A stretch of DNA of 64,000 nucleotides, taken from assembly GCA_938085445.1 (NCBI GenBank), contig CALKGR010000003.1:32001-96000 (forward strand). Reading direction: 5' to 3'. A program made the position numbers and the translations under genes. Shown piece after piece: positions 10,247 to 20,130 of this stretch; position 1 is the stretch's first letter, and every line of letters begins with the position of its first letter. The notes below the pieces were generated by a model. The model did not search any database. It was not told the origin of the DNA and saw nothing but the letters and a program-made list of their open reading frames with translations. This DNA is from an uncultured Rubripirellula sp. Lineage in GTDB: Bacteria > Planctomycetota > Planctomycetia > Pirellulales > Pirellulaceae.

Positions 10247-10849
10247 ATGGGCGAAAAGACAACCTTCCTTAAGAACTTCCTCCGAAATCCGGGGCAAGTG
10301 GGCGCAATCGCGCCCAGTAGTGACCGCTTGGTTCGCATGATGGTTGACTGGTTTGACTGGAATCAGATCCGGAATGTCGTCGAATTTGGCCCTGGCACGG
10401 GTGTATTCACAAAAGCAATTAGCGAGAAAATTCACCCCGAAACTACTTTTTTTGCGGTCGAGCGATCAGCTGAAATGGCTGAAGTGACCCGAAAACGCTG
10501 CCCCGATGTCACGGTCTACAACGATAGCGTCACCAATATTGCCGAACTCTGCCACCAAGAATCAATTGAGAAAATTGATGCTGTGATTTGCGGCCTGCCG
10601 TGGGCTTCATTTCCCGAATCACTTCAGACTGAAATCATCGATGCCATGCTGGGCGTGCTGGCACCCGAGGCTCAATTCGCAACTTTCGCATACTGGCAGG
10701 GAGTTGTGCTGCCAGCCGGTGCCCGCTTCAACCGACGCTTGAGAAATACATTTGTAAATGTAGAGCGAAGCCCAAGCGTGTGGCTGAATTTGCCTCCGGC
10801 CTTCGTTTATCGATGCACCAAACCTGCCTTGCCCAGTGAAGCAATTTGA
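10247..10849 (+). CDS. PmtA-like SAM-dependent lipid N-methyltransferase
   Basis: FLRNPGQVGAIAPSS, VVEFGPGTG (SAM motif I), ICGLPW and C-terminal WLNLPPAFVY. Confidence 0.8.
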   Translation: MGEKTTFLKNFLRNPGQVGAIAPSSDRLVRMMVDWFDWNQIRNVVEFGPGTGVFTKAISEKIHPETTFFAVERSAEMAEVTRKRCPDVTVYNDSVTNIAELCHQESIEKIDAVICGLPWASFPESLQTEIIDAMLGVLAPEAQFATFAYWQGVVLPAGARFNRRLRNTFVNVERSPSVWLNLPPAFVYRCTKPALPSEAI

Positions 10850-10857
10850 ACTCGTAG

Positions 10858-11619
10858 TTACCGGTCACGAAAACGCTGGCGATACTTCAGGGGTGTGAGC
10901 CCTGTCGCAGCTTTGAAATGCCGCGTCAGATGGCTCTGATCATAAAAGCCACATTCCATCACAATCTGTGTCAAACTCCGATCACTGCTCTCCAGCAAAT
11001 GCCTGACCATCCCCACCCGCACTTCGCGCAGGTAACGACTGGGGGTGACACCAAAGTTCTGCGAAAACTCTCGCTGCAGTTGACTGACTGATAAATGGAC
11101 ATGCTCTGCCATATCTTTGACTTCGATGTAGCTTGCGTGATTGTCAATGATGAAAGAAATCACACGAACGAGACGACTGTAGCCCGCTGAATCATCCGCT
11201 GAGTACTCATAAGGACGCTTCACGCCCGCAATCCCGACCACGTTTTCTTCACGATTGAACAGCGGGATCTTGCTACACAAATACAAACGGGGCACCCCAT
11301 TTTTTCCAGGTACCATCCAGACCTGGTCAGCGAGTGATTCTCCTACCGTGATCACTCGTTGATCCTCGGCAACGTATTGTGCCGCTATCGCAGGTGGAAA
11401 GAAGTCAAAGTCAGTATGTCCGACCAATTCATCTGGATGCGCAACTCCCACCACATCACAAACAACACGATTGGCTCGTACAAAACGACTTTCCAAGTCC
11501 TTGATGTACATGTACACGCCAGGAATACAATCAAACAGATCCAACAGCGTTCTCGGCCGCGCAAGTTGTTTGAAAAACTGATCCTGCCATCCCAACGGAT
11601 TCTTAATTCCTTCGCTCAT
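10858..11619 (-). CDS. AraC family transcriptional regulator with N-terminal PAS domain
   Basis: PAS-like YIKDLESRFVRAN...GHTDFDFFP; AraC signature ECGFYDQSHLTRHFKAATGLTPLKYR. Confidence 0.9.
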   Translation of the reverse strand: MSEGIKNPLGWQDQFFKQLARPRTLLDLFDCIPGVYMYIKDLESRFVRANRVVCDVVGVAHPDELVGHTDFDFFPPAIAAQYVAEDQRVITVGESLADQVWMVPGKNGVPRLYLCSKIPLFNREENVVGIAGVKRPYEYSADDSAGYSRLVRVISFIIDNHASYIEVKDMAEHVHLSVSQLQREFSQNFGVTPSRYLREVRVGMVRHLLESSDRSLTQIVMECGFYDQSHLTRHFKAATGLTPLKYRQRFRDR

Positions 11620-11746
11620 GCGGCAAATGTACAATTTTTTACGCGGTAACTACAAGATGGTAGAAATACAAATCGGGATAATAGAAACGTGAACCGCGGA
11701 ATCCCAAAGATAAGTCATGGACCTCACACTCAAATGAAAGAGCAGT

Positions 11747-12178
11747 ATGCCCCCATCGCACAACAGCGATATCACAGCAGAATTATCCGACAAGATACTT
11801 GCCGCGGCGATTTCTAAATCAGACACTCTCGGACTGCGAATCAACATCGCGATCGTTGATGCAGGCACGAATCTGAAAGCATTCCGCAGAATCGATGAAA
11901 CTTGGATCGGCAGCATCGATATCCCGTGCGAAAAATCCGGAACCGCCCGTTTCTGTGATATGCCAACAGGTACTCTCGGTGAACTCTCTCAACCTGGCGG
12001 AACCTTGTACAACATCGAAAATTCAAATGGTGGACTGATCTCGTTCCCCGGTGGCTTACCGATCACCAACGATAAGGAGGCGGTAATCGGAGCGATTGGT
12101 GTATCAAGAGCGTCAGTCGAAGATAATCACGCAGTAGCATCGGCTGACTTGGATGCCGCAATCGGAATCCAAAACTGA
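11747..12178 (+). CDS. GlcG/HbpS family heme-binding protein (DUF336), possibly degenerating
   Basis: IAIVDAGTNLKAF, LSQPGG, FPGGLPI and IGAIGVS motifs. Confidence 0.8.
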   Translation: MPPSHNSDITAELSDKILAAAISKSDTLGLRINIAIVDAGTNLKAFRRIDETWIGSIDIPCEKSGTARFCDMPTGTLGELSQPGGTLYNIENSNGGLISFPGGLPITNDKEAVIGAIGVSRASVEDNHAVASADLDAAIGIQN

Positions 12179-12338
12179 ATGCCAGCTAATTTGTAGCCAT
12201 TAGACTGAATCCCGCAGGTTCCCTCACATAGCACACGCTCAACAGCACTAAGTCTGTTGATTGTGTAACCGCCTTTCACAATTAGCGGTTAAAATGACAG
12301 CTAAGTTGCAATTACCCATTTATACAGCGAAAAGTTAC

Positions 12339-14705
12339 ATGCGCGGTTTTGTTCCTATCATCACACTTGTCTTTACCTTTGCAACGGGCTCGCACGCCCA
12401 TGCTGGTGACGAGCTTTCATTTAATCGCGACATCCGGCCAATTCTCTCGGACACATGTTTTTTTTGTCATGGCCCCGACTCTGAGCATCGCGAAGCAGAT
12501 CTGCGGCTCGACGTTGAAGCGTCGGCAAAACAGGATGCCATTGAACCTGGTAACGCCAACATGAGTGAATTGATCGCAAGAATCACTTCAAGCGACGCCG
12601 ACGAATTGATGCCCCCACCCGAATCTGGCAAACGTCTTAATCAAGAGCAGATCGATCTGTTGAAACGCTGGGTGAACGAGGGTGCGATCTATGAACCGCA
12701 CTGGTCTTATGTCGCCCCGAAGTCAAAACCCGCACCCATCACTAACAGTGCATGGGCGCGTGATCCTCTTGATGATCATATTCTGGAGAAACTACCAAAA
12801 ACACTAGGGCCCCCCTCGCCGGATAGCCCGCGTCACACCTTGATTCGCCGAGTTACATTTGACCTCACAGGTCTTCCACCGACAAAACAGCAAATCGAAG
12901 CGTTTGTTGGTGACACAAGCCCCATGGCGTATCCGAAGGCTGTCGATCGTCTTCTCGCTTCACCCGCTTACGGGGAACGCATGGCAACCTACTGGCTGGA
13001 CCTGGTTCGCTATGCGGACACGGTCGGTTATCACGGCGATCAAGACCACAATATTTCACCTTATCGCGACTATGTCATTGACAGTTTCAATGACGACTTA
13101 CCCTTAGATGAATTCACGCGTCAACAGCTGGCAGGTGATCTTGTTAAAAATCCCACGCCCGAGGAACAGATCGCGACCGGATATAACCGACTGCTGCAAA
13201 CAACTCATGAAGGAGGACTGCAACCGAAAGAATATCTTGCCATCTATGCCGCGGATCGCATCCGCAATGTATCGGCCGTTTGGATGGGAGCCACGGTAGG
13301 TTGTGCCCAATGCCACGACCACAAATATGACCCGTATTCAACCAAAGACTTCTATTCGATGGTCGCATTTTTCGCAGACATTGATGAGCAGCAGCACTTC
13401 AAAGTCGGCACCAACTCTCTACCGACCAAACGTCCCCCCGAAATTTCGGTAGGAAGTCGGTGGCAACGAGAACTTGCGGGCCAAATTGAATCGCAGTTGA
13501 AAACACTGAAAAGCAAACTGGAACGGATTGATCCGGCACAGGCAAGCACCATCAATCGTGAGATTGTCGCATATCAGGAAGAGTTGAAACAACTCAAGGC
13601 ATCGAATCGCCTCACAATGGTGACACGGTCTGTAACTCCACGGGAGATAAGGATTTTACCGAGAGGAAACTGGTTAGATGACAGCGGACCCATCGTCGAT
13701 CCGGCGATACCGGAATTCCTTGGAACGCTCGATACCGATGGAAACCGTGCGACGCGTCTTGATCTTGCAAACTGGATTGTCGATGTGGAAAACGGCATCG
13801 GTGGACTAACTGCGAGGGTCTTTGTAAATCGCTTTTGGTATCTGCTGTTCGGTCGCGGTATCTCTCCGTCACTTGGTGACTTTGGTGGTCAAGGACAGCC
13901 GCCAAATCATCCAGAAATGCTGGATCAGCTTGCCCTTGATTTCATTCATGATGACTGGAGTATCAAACGCATGATGCGCCGCCTTGTCTTATCTCGCAGT
14001 TACCAGCAGGCATCAGATACAACTGCTACACAGCTCCGGGAAGATCCATACAACCAATGGTTTGGACGCCAGGCCCGCTATCGACTGCCAGCCGAGATGG
14101 TTCGCGACAACGTGCTATCGGTTAGTGATCTGCTCGTGCACACAGTTGGTGGTTCCAGCATCAAACCAAGTCAGCCCGCCGGCTATTACCGTCATCTGAA
14201 CTTTCCAAAACGTGTCTACTCTCCACATCTGGATCAACGCCAATATCAGCGAGGTGTTTACGTTCATTGGCAGAGACAATTTTTGCATCCCATGCTCAAA
14301 GCCTTGGACGCGCCGAGTCGTGAAGAGTGCACGGCACAACGAGCACGATCCAACACACCGCTGGAAGCATTGGTCATGCTGAACGATCCAGCCATGATCG
14401 ATGCCGCAGTGGCCTTTGCTTCTGCTCTGCTAAAAGTCCAAGAAGAAGATTCGGGAGCTAAGATTGCAAGAGCATTTGAATTGACAGTGTCTCGAGAACC
14501 TGATTCTTTCGAACTGCAAGCGCTCAGCAACTTGCTGGAATCCGAAGTCAAACATTACCGTTCCAACCCTGAAGATGCTGCAAAGCTGCTGGATACGATC
14601 GATCGGAATATTGATATTGAATCGGTCAACCCACAACAACTTGCCGCCTGGACCACTCTCACCCGTGCTCTCTTGAATCTGCAGGAAGCCGTTACCCGTT
14701 ACTAG
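12339..14705 (+). CDS. Planctomycete cytochrome c domain protein (PSCyt1 + DUF1549 + DUF1553)
   Basis: Signal peptide; FNRDIRPILSDTCFFCHGPD and CAQCHDHKYDP heme motifs; YGERMATYWLDLVRYADT; RLPAEMVRD. Confidence 0.92.
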   Translation: MRGFVPIITLVFTFATGSHAHAGDELSFNRDIRPILSDTCFFCHGPDSEHREADLRLDVEASAKQDAIEPGNANMSELIARITSSDADELMPPPESGKRLNQEQIDLLKRWVNEGAIYEPHWSYVAPKSKPAPITNSAWARDPLDDHILEKLPKTLGPPSPDSPRHTLIRRVTFDLTGLPPTKQQIEAFVGDTSPMAYPKAVDRLLASPAYGERMATYWLDLVRYADTVGYHGDQDHNISPYRDYVIDSFNDDLPLDEFTRQQLAGDLVKNPTPEEQIATGYNRLLQTTHEGGLQPKEYLAIYAADRIRNVSAVWMGATVGCAQCHDHKYDPYSTKDFYSMVAFFADIDEQQHFKVGTNSLPTKRPPEISVGSRWQRELAGQIESQLKTLKSKLERIDPAQASTINREIVAYQEELKQLKASNRLTMVTRSVTPREIRILPRGNWLDDSGPIVDPAIPEFLGTLDTDGNRATRLDLANWIVDVENGIGGLTARVFVNRFWYLLFGRGISPSLGDFGGQGQPPNHPEMLDQLALDFIHDDWSIKRMMRRLVLSRSYQQASDTTATQLREDPYNQWFGRQARYRLPAEMVRDNVLSVSDLLVHTVGGSSIKPSQPAGYYRHLNFPKRVYSPHLDQRQYQRGVYVHWQRQFLHPMLKALDAPSREECTAQRARSNTPLEALVMLNDPAMIDAAVAFASALLKVQEEDSGAKIARAFELTVSREPDSFELQALSNLLESEVKHYRSNPEDAAKLLDTIDRNIDIESVNPQQLAAWTTLTRALLNLQEAVTRY

Positions 14706-14762
14706 CCCTGAAGCACCAGCACCACCGCGTTCGTAATCCATAGCCGCCGCAAAGCCATCCCC

Positions 14763-16187
14763 ATGAAACAGCATTCAAATCCACTCAATCGGCGCACATT
14801 CCTGTCCCACAATGGAGTCGCTGTTGGCAGCGCCGCTTTGTCATCCCTGCTGGCAACCGACGCAAAAGCTGCCAACAAGGTCAATGCGGGTGCTCGAGCT
14901 GACGTGCCACATCATATTGCAAAAGCCAAACGCGTCATTTTTCTGTGCATGGCGGGTGGTCCATCTCACCTCGAAACATTTGATTACAAACCAGAATTGG
15001 ACCGACTCAACGGAAAACCCATGCCAGCGTCCTATACCGAGGGACAGCCGATTGCCCAATTACAGGGCAAGGAACTGAAATGTCAGGGACACTTGACCAA
15101 ATTCGCAAAGCATGGGCAGTCGGGTCAACTGATCAGTGACTATCTACCTTTCCACCAAAAAATGGCGGATGATATCTGCGTTATTCGGTCGATGGTTACC
15201 GAGCAGATCAACCATGATCCTGCACATACCTTCATGAATACGGGCACTGCAATCAGCGGAAGGCCGTCGATGGGATCATGGGTCACCTACGGCTTGGGCA
15301 GCGAAAGCGAAAACTTGCCCGGCTTTGTCGTGCTGACGAGTGTGGGTGGACGTAATCCACAGCCCATTGCATCCCGACAATGGTCAGCCGGATTTCTTCC
15401 GAGCCGCTTTCAGGGCGTGGAATTCAGCGGCAGTGGACAACCGGTGAACTATGTCGATGCACCTGAAGGAGTCCAGAGACGACAGCAACAGCGTCTGATT
15501 GAAGCCATTGGTCAACTCAACCAACATCGGCTGAAATCGACAGGTGACCCAGAAATCGAGACTCGCTTGGCAAACTATGAGATGGCTTTCCGAATGCAAA
15601 CTTCAGTGCCCGATCTGGCAGATGTCTCGGATGAACCGCAGCATATTCTCGACATGTATGGTGCAAAACCAGGCGATGGGTCATATGCCTCAAACTGTCT
15701 GCTTGCGAGGCGACTGGCTGAGCGCGGGGTCCGTTTCATCCAACTTTATCATCGTGGCTGGGACCACCACGGTGGACTTGAGAAGTACATGGACATTTGT
15801 TGTGGATTGACCGATCGCGCGACGTGGGCCCTGCTGACTGATCTGAAACAGCGGGACATGCTGAAAGATACACTGATCATTTGGGGTGGTGAGTTCGGCA
15901 GAACACCTATGTTTCAAGGGAAGGGTGGCGCAGGTCGTGACCACCATATCAAGGGATTCTCCATGTGGATGGCCGGGGGCGGAATCAAACCCGGACAAAG
16001 CTATGGCGCCACGGATGATCTTGGCTACCACGCGGTAGACGATGTCGTGCATGTACGTGACATGCACGCCACAATGTTGCACCAGCTAGGAATCAAGCAT
16101 CAGAACTTCACGCACAAATTTCAGGGTTTGGACATGAAACTGACCGGCGTTGAGCCTGCTCGTGTCATTGAACCGATCATCGCGTGA
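14763..16187 (+). CDS. DUF1501 family protein with Tat signal
   Basis: NRRTFL twin-arginine motif; AKRVIFLCMAGGPSHLETFDYKP; GWDHH; WGGEFGRTP; GRDHH. Confidence 0.92.
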   Translation: MKQHSNPLNRRTFLSHNGVAVGSAALSSLLATDAKAANKVNAGARADVPHHIAKAKRVIFLCMAGGPSHLETFDYKPELDRLNGKPMPASYTEGQPIAQLQGKELKCQGHLTKFAKHGQSGQLISDYLPFHQKMADDICVIRSMVTEQINHDPAHTFMNTGTAISGRPSMGSWVTYGLGSESENLPGFVVLTSVGGRNPQPIASRQWSAGFLPSRFQGVEFSGSGQPVNYVDAPEGVQRRQQQRLIEAIGQLNQHRLKSTGDPEIETRLANYEMAFRMQTSVPDLADVSDEPQHILDMYGAKPGDGSYASNCLLARRLAERGVRFIQLYHRGWDHHGGLEKYMDICCGLTDRATWALLTDLKQRDMLKDTLIIWGGEFGRTPMFQGKGGAGRDHHIKGFSMWMAGGGIKPGQSYGATDDLGYHAVDDVVHVRDMHATMLHQLGIKHQNFTHKFQGLDMKLTGVEPARVIEPIIA

Positions 16188-16250
16188 AAAAGGTAGTGGG
16201 TGTGAAGCCAGTGTGTCTGTGGACGGGAAAGGCAGTCACACCAGTAGAGA

Positions 16251-17000
16251 TCAAAGACTCAGTTCACTTGCAGATTCGGGATCAAGGACAAAGGTCAATC
16301 TTGCATGTCCTTGCAAGAGTGATGCTGGGTTAGCGGAATCAGCAGGACCCTCGATTGCGGATTGAATAACTTTGGCTTTTGATTTACCAGTGGCCATCAA
16401 TACAATCTGCCGTGCCTCAAGGATCGTTCCAATTCCCATCGTAATTGCATGGCGAGGAACCTCTGCAGCTGATTGGAAAAATCGCGAATTTGCTTCGATT
16501 GTATTCTCCGTCAAATCAACCAAGCGCGTCCGACTATCAATCGGTGAACCTGGTTCATTGAAAGCGATGTGCCCGTTATTACCGATTCCTAAGAGTTGCA
16601 AATCAATGCCGCCTGCGTTCAACACCTGTTCTTCATAATAGGCCACATGGCTTTCAATGTTGGCCGCGATCCCATCGGGGACATGGGTTTGTTCCTGTAC
16701 CACATTGACATGATCGAACAATTGCTGCTGCATGAAGTACCGATAACTTTGATCATGCTCGGGACCCAAACCAACATATTCATCAAGATTAAAGGTGGTG
16801 ACTTTGGAAAAATTCATTTCACCGGCCTGAAATCTTTCTACCATCAAACGGTAAACACCAACCGGTGTACCCCCGGTCGCAAGTCCGAGAACAGCAGAGG
16901 GATTCCCCCGAATCGTCTCATGGATCAAATCTGCGGTGCAATGCGCTGCGTGATCCTTGTCTGTAGCGACCACAATCGTCGGTTGATTAGTCTTGGTCAT
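16251..17000 (-). CDS. nagB: Glucosamine-6-phosphate deaminase
   Basis: LGLATGGTP, TFNLDEYVGL, LLGIGNNGHIAFNEPG and AITMGIGTIL. Confidence 0.95.
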   Translation of the reverse strand: MTKTNQPTIVVATDKDHAAHCTADLIHETIRGNPSAVLGLATGGTPVGVYRLMVERFQAGEMNFSKVTTFNLDEYVGLGPEHDQSYRYFMQQQLFDHVNVVQEQTHVPDGIAANIESHVAYYEEQVLNAGGIDLQLLGIGNNGHIAFNEPGSPIDSRTRLVDLTENTIEANSRFFQSAAEVPRHAITMGIGTILEARQIVLMATGKSKAKVIQSAIEGPADSANPASLLQGHARLTFVLDPESASELSL

Positions 17001-18346
17001 ACAACATTCTCTTCTAGTAGTGCAGTAGAAGCCAGTAACTCATTCGCCCAGTCGCTGGGCTTCAAGAATTTTTGCAACTCCCGTCGCAAATCATCACGCA
17101 CGAATACTCTTACTTGCTTGACTTGGTTATCGAATTGTTGCCTTGCCAAAGCCGAAGCAACTGGCGAAACATCACCCAAGGTGCGAATAGTCCCATCCCT
17201 ACCGAGAACATCGACATCAATATCAACTTCTAATTTTACCGGCGGTGCATCCAGCAACAAATCTGCCGGGTGGATGGGAATTCCTGTCTTGGCAGAAATT
17301 CTCTCAGCCAGTTTTTCTGAACATGCAACCAACCACCAATAAGGTTTTCTAGCCAATGACTGATGCACCTCACGACCCTCGACCAAATTGAATTCAGCAG
17401 CTCGCTTGTAGAGTCGGCGGCGTGAACCGAATAAACCCTCCGCGAGTGGTTCCGCAACACTGCCCTCAGCGGCCCGTCGCAACATTGCAACCCACGTTGC
17501 ATCGACAAGCCCAAGTGTGGATTCAAGATCAATACGATTCTGAAGCAAAAAGACACATCGTTGCAACATGGCTGTTGCTGACCTGACCGCATGATGCCAG
17601 TAAACCTCACTAAACATGACATAACGCGAGAAGACCATCATTTCGGCCGCCGTTCGACCTTTGTCCATGATGGCTAACCGCGATGTTTCCGGGTTGATGC
17701 AAAGTGCACTGATTAAACGTCCAGAGTCAAAGTTTCTGCCGTAAGGTACGCCAGCATGCAAGCTGTCACGTTGCAAATAGTCAAGCTTGTCAATGTCCAC
17801 TGGACCACTAATGCAACTGCGTAAAAAATTGCCTGCTTCTTGATCTGTTACCTGCGATTCTGACGTTGGCTCCAGCAAAGCCAACACCTGAGACGGCTCA
17901 CATTGCCAATCCTGATCGATACATTCTGCGAGACCGCTGTTGTAGATGCATTGTCTGATCCGAGACTCATGTTCGCCGAGCTCCCGAATACCCATGTCTT
18001 CAATGGGGTGACAATAAGGCCAGTGGCCTATGTCATGAATCAGAGCTGCAAGCACAAAAGCTTCCGCCATTGCGGGTGTGATCCGCTCGGTGAACTCTCC
18101 ATCAGACGAAAAGCGAGCTAAAACACGTAAAGCGTTGTGGTAGACCCCAAGCGAATGTTCCAGTCGTGAATGTGTGGCCCCTGGATAAACCAGCGACACC
18201 ATCCCAAGCTGACTGATGGAAGCCAATCGCCTCATTGGCGCTAGATCAAGAATTCGGCGCACCCGATCAGAAACCGGCACATCCTGTGCTGGTGGAATTC
18301 GCACAAGTGATCCGATGCGATGCAGGGCGACAACTTCTGGCAGCAT
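16997..18346 (-). CDS. HD-domain phosphohydrolase, SAMHD1/dNTP triphosphohydrolase-like
   Basis: RLASISQLG..VYPGATHSRLEHSLG, LIHDIGHWPYCH, DIDKLDYLQRDS and MFSEVYWHH. Alternative TTG start at 18412. Confidence 0.85.
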   Translation of the reverse strand: MLPEVVALHRIGSLVRIPPAQDVPVSDRVRRILDLAPMRRLASISQLGMVSLVYPGATHSRLEHSLGVYHNALRVLARFSSDGEFTERITPAMAEAFVLAALIHDIGHWPYCHPIEDMGIRELGEHESRIRQCIYNSGLAECIDQDWQCEPSQVLALLEPTSESQVTDQEAGNFLRSCISGPVDIDKLDYLQRDSLHAGVPYGRNFDSGRLISALCINPETSRLAIMDKGRTAAEMMVFSRYVMFSEVYWHHAVRSATAMLQRCVFLLQNRIDLESTLGLVDATWVAMLRRAAEGSVAEPLAEGLFGSRRRLYKRAAEFNLVEGREVHQSLARKPYWWLVACSEKLAERISAKTGIPIHPADLLLDAPPVKLEVDIDVDVLGRDGTIRTLGDVSPVASALARQQFDNQVKQVRVFVRDDLRRELQKFLKPSDWANELLASTALLEENVV

Positions 18347-18408
18347 GGACAAGCAGTGAGGCAGGAGGTGGAAAAGAGCCGGCCTTGCCAGCAGAGGAAG
18401 ATCCAGTA

Positions 18409-19098
18409 TCAAACATTTGTGGCCAGCGTGAGGCCGCTGATCAACGCCAAGACGACCGCCACGATAAAATACAAGCCGGCGAGCGTCACGCCATTCAAAG
18501 GTTCGAGGTCAAAAGTAGCAGCCGACGCAAGTGATCCCAAACCAACCATGATGGCAAAGATAATTCCAAACCACAGATAACTCATCTCAGCCGGGGAATC
18601 ATATTCCATCACGTAGCTGGGTACAAAGACGTACACCATCCATAAAGCGGCCAGAATCACTGATAAAATTAGAACCCGATTTCGTAAATCTGGCCCAACG
18701 TATGGTTCCAACTCGGAATCGCGAACAAAACTGTAGCCTGACCAGACTAGAGGTGGAGCCAGGAAGAGTGCCCCGATCGCGAGGAGGTAAACAGGAATCG
18801 TTTCCATGCCCATCCGCAATCCAACTGCAGCGGCGACTGCCAGCAGAATTGCACCAAATGTGATGAACATACCCTTTCGGGTCACATCAGTTTCGGTACG
18901 CTTCAGGGGCTTGAGAATACTGACGCCCTGGCGATCTTTCGGTGCCCCATCGTCGGGTGCATGAATGACGACTTCTTCGGAGGCATCCGGTACCTTGATC
19001 TCCTTCTTGCAATTGGGACAAGGGCCGGTCTTGCCAGCGAATTTGTCGCTGACCTGGAACCGCTTCAGACAGTTTGGACAAGTGACTTGAATCGCCAT
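18409..19098 (-). CDS. Membrane protein with N-terminal zinc-ribbon
   Basis: CPNC-x16-CPNC at the N-terminus followed by about five hydrophobic helices. Confidence 0.75.
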   Translation of the reverse strand: MAIQVTCPNCLKRFQVSDKFAGKTGPCPNCKKEIKVPDASEEVVIHAPDDGAPKDRQGVSILKPLKRTETDVTRKGMFITFGAILLAVAAAVGLRMGMETIPVYLLAIGALFLAPPLVWSGYSFVRDSELEPYVGPDLRNRVLILSVILAALWMVYVFVPSYVMEYDSPAEMSYLWFGIIFAIMVGLGSLASAATFDLEPLNGVTLAGLYFIVAVVLALISGLTLATNV

Positions 19099-19186
19099 GA
19101 ATGAAAAACAAAGCCCGAGTGAAGAGTCTCAATCCGTGGATGGTGCGACGAACGCAGCGTCACAGAACAGTTTGTCAGGTAAATGC

Positions 19187-19759
19187 ATGGAACCGCAACC
19201 CGAGGAACTACGTGGACCCGAATTCACCAATGTCCCTTATGATAACCGCGCCGAGAAAGAAGCGTGCAGCCCTGGCAGGAAAGAAAACGAGCCTTCGGCT
19301 CACGTGGTGCTTTACCAACCTGAGATTCCCCAAAATACGGGTAACATCGGGAGAACCTGCGTAGCGGTGAACGCAAAACTGTGGATTGTACGTCCTGCGG
19401 CCTTCCAACTGGACGATGCCAAACTGCGACGGGCTGGGCTGGACTATTGGGCCCACCTGGAACGTGGTGACGCCGTCAATTGGGAAGACTTGGTATCACA
19501 ACTTCATCCCAGGCCGATGTACTTTTTATCGAAATTTGCAAAACGAACAATTTGGGATGCAGATTTTCGCCGTGGCGACGTCCTGGTTTTTGGGCGGGAA
19601 ACCTCGGGGCTACCCGCCTCCATACTCGACCCCGAAGATCCTCGGGCCCTTCGATTGCCTACCTCGGAACATGTTCGCAGTCTCAACCTCGCCACCACAG
19701 CAGGCATTGTCCTCTACGAGCACCAGCGACAAACTGGCGGTTATTGCAAAGATTCATAG
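19187..19759 (+). CDS. trmL: tRNA (cytidine/uridine-34-2'-O)-methyltransferase (SPOUT)
   Basis: VVLYQPEIPQNTGNIGRTC, LRRAGLDYW, FGRETSGLP and RSLNLA. The ORF opens at 19097, but that ATG overlaps the divergent gene's start, so 19187 is preferred. Confidence 0.9.
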   Translation: MEPQPEELRGPEFTNVPYDNRAEKEACSPGRKENEPSAHVVLYQPEIPQNTGNIGRTCVAVNAKLWIVRPAAFQLDDAKLRRAGLDYWAHLERGDAVNWEDLVSQLHPRPMYFLSKFAKRTIWDADFRRGDVLVFGRETSGLPASILDPEDPRALRLPTSEHVRSLNLATTAGIVLYEHQRQTGGYCKDS

Positions 19760-19833
19760 CAGGTTTTTCTTGCCTCGTCGTTTCCGACCGCAGTGGTTAG
19801 ACTGGATGACCATACCAGCCTCCGAGTCTTGTA

Positions 19834-20130
19834 ATGAATCAGCCTTCTTCGCAGCATCGTCTCCCCCAAATCAGTATCGCATTCATGCTGATGCTGATGT
19901 TGATCTTCTCTTTCATCTCCGCCGGACTGTTTTACGCATCGCGTGTTCCTGCGATTCAGAATGAAATCATGATGTTGGTGACGGGTGAAGTTCCTGAAAC
20001 GACCGAAAAAGATTCAGCACGTACGGCGCAAATCACTTTTGTAATGTTCACTTATACGTCTCCCCTGTTGCTTGCTGGCGTCATTTCAACTGGCATGGCT
20101 GTCCTGAAATGGTTCCAACGACCGCGATGA
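19834..20130 (+). CDS. Small two-TM membrane protein
   Basis: Two hydrophobic segments; ATGA overlap with the next gene. Confidence 0.6.
   Translation: MNQPSSQHRLPQISIAFMLMLMLIFSFISAGLFYASRVPAIQNEIMMLVTGEVPETTEKDSARTAQITFVMFTYTSPLLLAGVISTGMAVLKWFQRPR

Noticed and set aside
10151..10435. 95-aa N-terminal extension of exbD overlapping the methyltransferase gene
   Set aside because: ORF-caller extension; ExbD homology begins at MQIP (10150).
16596..17342. 248-aa plus-strand ORF across nagB and the HD gene
   Set aside because: Antisense to two well-supported genes.
19096..19099. Head-to-head overlapping start codons (CATG) of the zinc-ribbon gene and trmL
   Set aside because: This would leave no promoter space; the non-conserved trmL N-terminus and an in-frame ATG at 19187 suggest a later start.
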